Source: Candidatus Bathyarchaeota archaeon (GTDB lineage Archaea; Thermoproteota; Bathyarchaeia; Bathyarchaeales; Bathycorpusculaceae). Taken from it: a stretch of DNA of 64,000 bases. The stretch is taken from the NCBI GenBank assembly GCA_963806535.1, contig CAWDYC010000005.1, positions 1 to 64,000 on the forward strand, written 5' to 3'. The notes beneath the pieces were generated by a model, which did not search any database, was not told the DNA's origin, and worked only from the letters and a program-made list of their open reading frames with translations. Position numbers and translations under genes: made by a program. Below, piece after piece: positions 56,954 through 64,000 of this stretch (positions are counted from its first letter, which is position 1; every line of letters starts with the position of its first letter).

Positions 56954-57550
56954 TCAAGAATTTGAAGTAGTGTTACTCTTTCTCGAGTTGTCTAGAGCAA
57001 CTTTAGTCTGCACAATCATTTTTCCTAAGTGCCTCGCAGAGTCTATACCTTCCTGATCTTTAGCAACTTCTCCCTTCTCTCGCGCAATCGAGAATGCTCG
57101 TCCGCCGCTTGGAATAGTCATCCCAACAGCAGTCATGAATGTAATCATCTGGTTACAGGTGTTCGAAACCCCTGACCGACGAGCAACAGCGATTACTCCG
57201 CCCACCTTCTCCGCAAAGTCTTTTCTTCTTCTGGCTAATGCGAGAAAACCTATCCTGTCAATGAAGGTCTTCATTTGAGCGGTGACCCCTTGAAAATAGG
57301 AAGGACTGCCTAATATGATTCCGTCAGCCTTCACCATCTCCTGGTAAAGGTTTTCGCCGTCATCGTCTGTAACGCATTTCTTAGTGCTAAAGCATGCCAT
57401 ACAACCGTTGCAGGGCTGAATTCGATAATCAGAAATTCGAATAAGTTTTACTTCTGCGCCATCTGCTTTTGCAGCTGCCAAAGCTTCCTGTAGAATCATG
57501 TCTGTGTTGCCGCCTACCCTGGGACTACCGCTTAGCCCAATTATAAGCAC
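56954..57550 (-). CDS. Iron-sulfur flavoprotein (Isf) / flavodoxin family
   Basis: GSPR.GGNT, CNGCMAC-x5-C..DD, GSPSYF, MKTFIDR. Confidence 0.85.
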   Translation of the reverse strand: MLIIGLSGSPRVGGNTDMILQEALAAAKADGAEVKLIRISDYRIQPCNGCMACFSTKKCVTDDDGENLYQEMVKADGIILGSPSYFQGVTAQMKTFIDRIGFLALARRRKDFAEKVGGVIAVARRSGVSNTCNQMITFMTAVGMTIPSGGRAFSIAREKGEVAKDQEGIDSARHLGKMIVQTKVALDNSRKSNTTSNS

Positions 57551-57912
57551 TTATATTACCTCAAAAGCTCACTCTTCAAACCTATTGATTAACTGTTTGG
57601 TCCAAGAACCTTGTCAGAGTTTTTCAAAATACCTTTTAGGGGGATAAACCTTAACTTTAGACAGGAGCTCTCAAAGTTAAAAACAACTGTGAAAAGATAA
57701 GAAGAAATAAAGCACGCGTTACCTAAAAAAGCAGGATTTGAGTGAAGAATATTTGGTCGAAATAAGCCCTATTTTCGGTACAATTTGAGGCGAGCTAGCT
57801 ATTAAATAATGAAAAAGATTAGAAGACTAGGCGGAAAATCCGTTGGGAGAAATATTGGAACGAGATAACGACTTGATTGTTAATTACTTTTTTAGCATTG
57901 TAATAGAACGGT

Positions 57913-59811
57913 TTGCGTCGGTTGGTATCTAAATTGCCACATGAATCATCTGCGGATGAGAAAACATCAGACAAGCAACAGAGCAAAGATATCAAACGGC
58001 AGCTCTCATTTAGCGATGTTTTCTTCCTCTCGTTTGGCGGACAATCTCCACTTCTTAGTCTTTTGACCTACGGTGCTGTGGCCCTGAGTTTAGGAGGATA
58101 TTTCGCCCCAATAATTATTCTAATAGGGACAGCCGTTGTCCTTGTAAATGGCTTGGTGGTCAATAGACTTTCGAAGCGCTTCACATCTTTTGGTGGATAT
58201 TACACGTACGCCATGAATTTGCTGTCAGAACGTTTCGGATTCCAAACTGGATGGATGTATCTCTACTTTTCAATCCTTTTTGGATCAGCATACGTTATAG
58301 GGACGGTCTACATCGTCAACTACGTTTTCGGAATATCACCCGTAGTGATTGCCTTAGCAATAACGATTCCGGCTTTTTTCTTGCTAATCTTCGGAGTAAA
58401 ACCAACAGCAAAATACGCCATATTTGCGGGGATAATTGAAATAGTTGTCTTGATAGCGTTCTTTTTATTCTCTATCTACTTTTCTCACAACACGTTTTAT
58501 TCCCCAATATCTTACCCCGGAGCCACTAACATCTCTGTGGGACAACTTGCTCTGGCCATCGTCTTTGTAATGGGTATTCCTTTGGGATACAGTGCGATAG
58601 CTCCAATCTCAGGTGAAATCATCGGTGCTGAGAAGGTTGTTGGGAAGACAATGATTTATGTAATTCTCATTGGCGGTTCTCTTGCAGCAGTTTTCATTTA
58701 CGGGCTCATAAATCTGCTTGTTTCAAACGGCGTTAGTATCACCAGTGTCTCATCTGGAAGCGGTCTTGTAGTTATCAATTTGGTAAACACATACTTCGGT
58801 AGTTTTGGAAAATATTTTGTCTTAATCCTTGCAGTAGCGGCAATAAACGATGGTGTACTGGCGGTCCTTTCCCTATCTTCTGCGGCTTCACGAACCATAT
58901 TCAAGATGAGCCTAGATCAAGCTCTCCCAGGCTTCTTTTCTAAACAACTTAGCGGACAGCCAATAGTGGCAAATGTGTCCGCGGGAATCGCATCTTTACT
59001 AATTTCAACGCTATTATTGATACCATTCCAGCCTTCCGTGGTTTTCATTGCTCTTGGAACCACTTCCATTTTTGGCGAATTGTTCATTCATCTAGCTGCG
59101 AACTTTTCTCTTTTGAGAGTCAGCCTGCGCAGAATGAGGAGAAAGCTATTTGGAGGTTTCAGTTCCCTACGCACGATATTTTATCCATTTGGAGAAATTG
59201 CCCTTGCTTTTTCTGCAGTCATTATAACCGCTCTTGTTCTGGTCTTCTCTATGCTTTCCGCTTCGCTGCTATATGTCGTTTTTTTCCTTGGGTGGATAGT
59301 TGTGGGTTATCTTCTTTCCGATGTTAAAGAGATTGCATTTCAGGTTCCAACACCCCGTGCAAGAGGCAACAAGTCTGCAAGCCCAGGGTGGCAGAGGATA
59401 AGTAGCTTGACTGCAGTTGAAATCAGCAGTGAATTGCCAGATGTAGTGGTTAATGTGGATGACCCGTTGAAGGTCGCGTTGAAAAAGTGTCTTGATCTAG
59501 ATTCTCCTGCTGCAATAGTTGTAGACAAAGAGGATAGACCAGTTGGGACGATACTTTTTCGCGACATCGTAACATTGATTGAGGACGAAATAAACACCTG
59601 CATCGTGAGTGATTATGCTTCAACTGAAGTTGTGACCGTAGCTGGTAACGCGTTAGCTTTGAATCTTGCAGAAGTTTTTGGTCAAACTTGCATGCCTATA
59701 CTTGCAATTGTTGACGATAACGGTAAACTCGTGGGCACTATCAGGGAAAGGGAAATTATAAAGAAAATAGCTTCAGTACAAGAGATCTATTTCCTTGAAA
59801 AGTCAAATTAG
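57913..59811 (+). CDS. APC-family amino acid permease fused to a CBS pair
   Basis: SFGGQSP, GGYYTYA, GW.Y, about 12 TMs; C-terminal VVD..GTI and IVDD.GKLVGTI. Confidence 0.85.
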   Translation: MRRLVSKLPHESSADEKTSDKQQSKDIKRQLSFSDVFFLSFGGQSPLLSLLTYGAVALSLGGYFAPIIILIGTAVVLVNGLVVNRLSKRFTSFGGYYTYAMNLLSERFGFQTGWMYLYFSILFGSAYVIGTVYIVNYVFGISPVVIALAITIPAFFLLIFGVKPTAKYAIFAGIIEIVVLIAFFLFSIYFSHNTFYSPISYPGATNISVGQLALAIVFVMGIPLGYSAIAPISGEIIGAEKVVGKTMIYVILIGGSLAAVFIYGLINLLVSNGVSITSVSSGSGLVVINLVNTYFGSFGKYFVLILAVAAINDGVLAVLSLSSAASRTIFKMSLDQALPGFFSKQLSGQPIVANVSAGIASLLISTLLLIPFQPSVVFIALGTTSIFGELFIHLAANFSLLRVSLRRMRRKLFGGFSSLRTIFYPFGEIALAFSAVIITALVLVFSMLSASLLYVVFFLGWIVVGYLLSDVKEIAFQVPTPRARGNKSASPGWQRISSLTAVEISSELPDVVVNVDDPLKVALKKCLDLDSPAAIVVDKEDRPVGTILFRDIVTLIEDEINTCIVSDYASTEVVTVAGNALALNLAEVFGQTCMPILAIVDDNGKLVGTIREREIIKKIASVQEIYFLEKSN

Positions 59812-59972
59812 GCAAAATCTCCAACGTTATGTGGCTTTTCAATTAGTGAATGCGCAGGTGTAAGCGTCTGTGCCGGAAATTTGCTTATTTCCCTGAATTT
59901 TTAATTTATTAAATGATTAATTTTTTATAGGGCATTATAACATTCGAATAACTTAATGAGAGAGGGAAAGGA

Positions 59973-60251
59973 TTGACCAGCATCAAAAAACGGTTAGACT
60001 ACGTCCTAAACGAGCTATCACACATGGACACCCAGCTTAACTTGGAAGCTTCCAATAGTGTTGCAGCTCAATTGTCAATTATAAAAGATGCCTTTAAAGA
60101 ATCCGACCAGTGTCCAGTATGTTGCTTTGATTACGACGCAAAAGCCCGTATCATTTGCGATGTTAACGGTCCGTTGCCAACTGAGGAATTCATGGGCAAA
60201 TGCAAACAATGTCAGGCTCAAATTAAGCAAGCACTTTCAATTTTATCCTAG
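59973..60251 (+). CDS. Hypothetical zinc-binding protein
   Basis: CPVC..C..CKQC; SD GAGGG. Confidence 0.55.
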   Translation: MTSIKKRLDYVLNELSHMDTQLNLEASNSVAAQLSIIKDAFKESDQCPVCCFDYDAKARIICDVNGPLPTEEFMGKCKQCQAQIKQALSILS

Positions 60252-60377
60252 TTGTTATTTGACTGTGTTAGCCTTAACTTGGTTAAATGTAGCCGTCTCG
60301 TCACAGTCACACATGTTTAAAGCATTCTTTCTATCTAAGCTCTTCAGGGATTTTGAATGGAAAGAAATTCTGAAAAC

Positions 60378-60656
60378 ATGATGCAGAAATACCTTGTTTT
60401 AATAAAAGTAGATACTAAACAAACCCTAGATTTCTTAAATTCAATATCTGCACTGTCAAACATGCCGGCAGAAGGTGTAAGACTTGACGCTACCTATAAT
60501 GTCTTTGGAAACTGGGATTTTGCCGTGTGGTTTGAAGCAAATACTAACGAAAACGCTGTTCATTTCGTAGGTGAACAAATTCGCTCAATAAAGGGCGTAA
60601 CTGAAACAGTTACAATGCCCGCGACAGCAGTCAAAGAATATCCTATGAATATGTAA
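60378..60656 (+). CDS. Stand-alone Lrp/AsnC ligand-binding (RAM) domain protein
   Basis: YNVFG.WDF.V..IRSIKGV.ET.T. Confidence 0.7.
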   Translation: MMQKYLVLIKVDTKQTLDFLNSISALSNMPAEGVRLDATYNVFGNWDFAVWFEANTNENAVHFVGEQIRSIKGVTETVTMPATAVKEYPMNM

Positions 60657-60782
60657 AACTAATTTCTCCATTTCTTTTTTATTTTAGAGAAAAAATGGTG
60701 ATGTGTTAACTCTATTTTTATTCTCCAGCAGGAGCTAAATTAAACATCTCATTTTAAACCCTATGCGCGGTGGCTAAGGTTT

Positions 60783-61085
60783 TTATGATGCATTAGAAAT
60801 TATCTTCTCTGCAACACTTTGGGGCTGTCGGCTAGCTTGGTCTAGGCTTGTAGACTTGGGCTCTATAGACTCCGGTTCAAATCCGGGCAGCCCCACCATT
60901 GTTCTCAATTTAGAACTTGTATATTCTAAGCTCTGTTGATGATAATAGAAGTTCTTATCTGCTCCAAAATGCCTTGCCCTAGCATAAGACACTTCTCCAT
61001 TCTTCCTAAAGAAAACTTGAATGCTTGAAACAACTTTGTTGTCTCCACAAACCTCACATGGGAATCTATAACCTTTGATTTTCAT
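60783..61085 (-). mobile_element. int(N) fragment of an SSV1-type split integrase overlapping tRNA-Pro
   Basis: CEVC..YARARH..YYHQQSLEY runs into MVGLPGFEP, the antisense reading of the tRNA 3' half; SD AAGGAAGTG. Confidence 0.55.
60821..60898 (+). tRNA. tRNA-Pro(TGG)
   Basis: GGGGCTG/CAGCCCC acceptor, GTAGA-CTTGGGC-TCTAT, GGTTCAAATCC, CCA. Confidence 0.92.
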
Positions 61086-61271
61086 TTTTACACTTCCTTA
61101 GTTTTTGGTCCCCAGACTGGTCAACTCTGCATTTAAGGTTCTTCTAACAATTGTTCTTTAGTGGTGTTGAATCATAAACTTAGCTATAAGAGAGTTTTGT
61201 TAAGAAATCTTGAATTGGATTAGTTAAGAAAGTTTTACTGGAAGCCTTTTATCATTTATGTTTTCATAATA

Positions 61272-62108
61272 ATGACTATGAATAGCAAGAGCCAGAGTTT
61301 CGCATTAATCCTGATTCTAATAATGGCTATCTCAAGTCTAAGTCTAATTATGGTTAAACCTTCAAATGCTCAGTCAATACCTATACCGTCTGTTCCTCAA
61401 TTTACTGTCAGGTTTGTAAATGCTTCCAGCACTATTGAAATCTCAATTGAGAGCCAACCTTTTGCTTACTCTAACAATGGTTCGCTATATCAAGAATACT
61501 TTAACATTAGGGTAAAACAGCACTTTGCGGAGTATTGGACTGAAGTCTATCCAATAGTAAATGGCACAAGTTTATTCAATGGAAAAGGACCGACACCATT
61601 AAGGACTGGGAATTTCTCTTACGCAGAATACATTTCTGCAGATTCTCCAATGCAATCGAACTCTGGAGTAAGAGCTAATTTCTATGTCATACCAGTTGAG
61701 TTTCACTTGGAAAATAACACCGTTTTTGAAGGCTATTCAATTCAGAAGATTTATGGAGTTTGGGGTGCAAATCCAATCGGGAATCGTACATTTCTGGATG
61801 AAATTCCAATCGATGCGCAACTTGATTTTCAAGTGCAGGCATTAGTTGGGCATAACTCTACTATGTGGTTTAATATTAGTGGCTTATGGGATGGAGTCGG
61901 TACCTATGTACCTGCTGTTGCTTATGACACAGAAGGCAATTGGAGTAACACACAAACTATAATCATTGGTCAAACTTCAACCTCTGCTCCTGCCTCACCA
62001 ACTCCAACTGTTCCAGAGTTTCCAATGATAGCAATTCCCTTGATTCTCTGTCTTTTATCAGTTGCCATACTTGGATTCAGAAAGTGCAAAGCAGAGAAAT
62101 TACCATAG
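61272..62108 (+). CDS. Secreted surface protein with PEF-CTERM-like sorting signal
   Basis: Signal peptide, PSVPQFTV, DFQVQALVG, WSNTQT, PTPTVPEFP plus TM and basic tail. Confidence 0.8.
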   Translation: MTMNSKSQSFALILILIMAISSLSLIMVKPSNAQSIPIPSVPQFTVRFVNASSTIEISIESQPFAYSNNGSLYQEYFNIRVKQHFAEYWTEVYPIVNGTSLFNGKGPTPLRTGNFSYAEYISADSPMQSNSGVRANFYVIPVEFHLENNTVFEGYSIQKIYGVWGANPIGNRTFLDEIPIDAQLDFQVQALVGHNSTMWFNISGLWDGVGTYVPAVAYDTEGNWSNTQTIIIGQTSTSAPASPTPTVPEFPMIAIPLILCLLSVAILGFRKCKAEKLP

Positions 62109-62469
62109 CTAATGTTTTAAAAATAAACTTAATCTTTTTTAGTTTAATATATTCTCAAAACAATTGCTCGAGACCTAACTGAAGGTTGATGAAAAGAGGC
62201 GTTTACAAAACTTGCAATTTTTGTTTTTTTTTAAATGGGAAGTTAATAGTGGTTTGAGGGATTTTGAAAGTTTGTATTATTTTGCGAAAAGTATTTCTAT
62301 TAATTTAGATGGCGAATTTAATTAATAAAAAGAGATTTAAAGTAAACTCATCCAAAATTATATATGCGAAACAATCACATTGTTTTGCTAGACGAAGTGC
62401 AATTTTATGCATTCCGTTCAATAAAATTATAGGAAAAAAGAAAAAATGAAAACATTAAAAATGATAAAA

Positions 62470-64000
62470 ATGAAAACACTGAAAAATAAAACCGCGACTA
62501 TATTGATTGCAACATTCCTTATGCTTTCAATGGCAGCTTCAATGGCACTATCACCAAATGCTCTAGCACAAGTCACTCCTGCACAAGGAACCTCAATTCC
62601 ATCATATGCTCACCTTAACGTGGGTCCCAATCCCGCAGGTGTCGGTCAGACAGTAACGCTCAACATGTTCCTTCTGATTCCAACACTTACAAGTGAACCC
62701 GCCGTAAACATGACCATCGTGGAAACAACACCCGGTGGAACAACAACGACACTTGGACCATTCAAATCAGATGCCACAGGTGGCACATATACCACAATTG
62801 TACCAGATACAGTTGGCAACTATACATTCCAATTCTTCTATGGTGGACAATTAATGACGGACAACGTTACCAACTTGCCTAGCCAAAGTGACAAAGTAAC
62901 ACTTATAGTGCAGCAAGAACCCATTTCTCGAAGTTCATATCCGATAACTCCACAGCCAACATCATGGTGGCAGACTCCAATTAGCGCAGAGAACGTACAA
63001 GAATGGTACAAAATAAGTGGACCATGGCTTGGATATGGTTCAGTTACTTTCGCAGCAACTGGCGGCTACAACAACACTGGCAACTATAATCCATACACTA
63101 CGTCGGTAATGTCTGGTCACGTCTTATGGACAAAGCCTTGGGCAGCAGGCGGAGTGGTTGGAGGAGATAATGGTGGAAACGAGCAGGGCAGCAGTTATTG
63201 GTCAACTTCGCAGTATTGGCCAAAATACGCACCAGTCATCATCAATGGCATAATGTACTCCACACATTTCGTGGAAACCACAGGCTACTCAGACGGCATT
63301 CTTGCAACAGACCTATTCACTGGAGCCAATCTGTGGACGATTAACACTACTAATGCGTTGCTATGCGGTATGGCTACTCAATGGCATACAGTTAACGCGT
63401 ACGGCACTATTGGTCCATACATATGGACAACAGGAACTCTTCCAGCAGCGGACACTGGCGGCAAAGTACCAGCCCTAGGAAGCGGACTCCAATCGTCGAT
63501 CTTTGGTCCAATGTTTGGGCCACTGACACAGTGGAACATGTATTCCGGTTTGACTGGACAATACGTACTTAGTGTTGTCAACGGTACCTCTCCAACACTT
63601 ACGACTGATGATCAAGGAGACATAATCGGCTACTACATCAACAGCACAGCTGGCACTATGACTACATATGGAAACGCACCAGCACAAGGAGTACCACCGA
63701 TAACAGGAAAAGTAACAATCACAGCCAATAATCCTGTACTAGTCGCTTGGAACATGTCACAATTACTAGCCAATACTTGGGGATGGAGTCCAAGCCTGAA
63801 CACCGTAATTGATTTCGGGCTAGGAGTTATGCGGGCTACGCCAATATTCAATAACACTGGTCCAGGCACGCCAACAATAGGTGTAGGCACGAATAATCCA
63901 GCTTTATCGATAAACGGAATAACCAACGGTGCAGTAATGATGACCACAGGATTCACTTTCGGACAAGGCTTCGGAGGCACAGTTAACGGCTTCCTCGTTG
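62470..64000 (+). CDS. Large secreted PQQ-like beta-propeller repeat protein (3' partial)
   Basis: MKTLKNKTAT signal peptide, PNPAGVGQTV, LGPFKSDATGG, HVLWTKP..GG, PVIING.MY, DLFTG..LW; frame open to the window end. Confidence 0.8.
   Translation, partial: MKTLKNKTATILIATFLMLSMAASMALSPNALAQVTPAQGTSIPSYAHLNVGPNPAGVGQTVTLNMFLLIPTLTSEPAVNMTIVETTPGGTTTTLGPFKSDATGGTYTTIVPDTVGNYTFQFFYGGQLMTDNVTNLPSQSDKVTLIVQQEPISRSSYPITPQPTSWWQTPISAENVQEWYKISGPWLGYGSVTFAATGGYNNTGNYNPYTTSVMSGHVLWTKPWAAGGVVGGDNGGNEQGSSYWSTSQYWPKYAPVIINGIMYSTHFVETTGYSDGILATDLFTGANLWTINTTNALLCGMATQWHTVNAYGTIGPYIWTTGTLPAADTGGKVPALGSGLQSSIFGPMFGPLTQWNMYSGLTGQYVLSVVNGTSPTLTTDDQGDIIGYYINSTAGTMTTYGNAPAQGVPPITGKVTITANNPVLVAWNMSQLLANTWGWSPSLNTVIDFGLGVMRATPIFNNTGPGTPTIGVGTNNPALSINGITNGAVMMTTGFTFGQGFGGTVNGFLV

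Overview
Archaeal chromosomal window, most consistent with Bathyarchaeia (inferred from gene repertoire and the style of the secreted proteins and integrase remnants). Core content: a split glutamate synthase operon, Lon-type protease, Dph6 plus a GATase, two SerA paralogs, GlyA, a stand-alone 23S rRNA gene with its own promoters and processing stem, DinB, queT-queC, proteasome beta plus FttA/aCPSF1, SepF, a serC-serA-DUF1015 cluster, DEAD-box helicase, L35Ae, aIF-1A, HemA, EgsA and an FKBP PPIase. Five tRNAs are present: Glu and Ser carry introns, and Thr has a non-canonical elbow. Many genes carry single-base frameshifts that look like assembly errors. The most notable non-coding signals are: (1) a pseudoknot-forming leader with an A-rich tail that covers the SD of queT-queC, a candidate archaeal preQ0/preQ1 riboswitch; (2) two tandem, separately promoted hairpin ncRNA candidates with shared ends at about 11.4-11.8 kb; (3) a 2.8-kb decayed island in tRNA-Ser where a GC-rich katG abuts an integrase C-terminal remnant; (4) int(N)-like ORFs overlapping tRNA-Pro and tRNA-Arg. 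All calls were made by eye, with no database searches.
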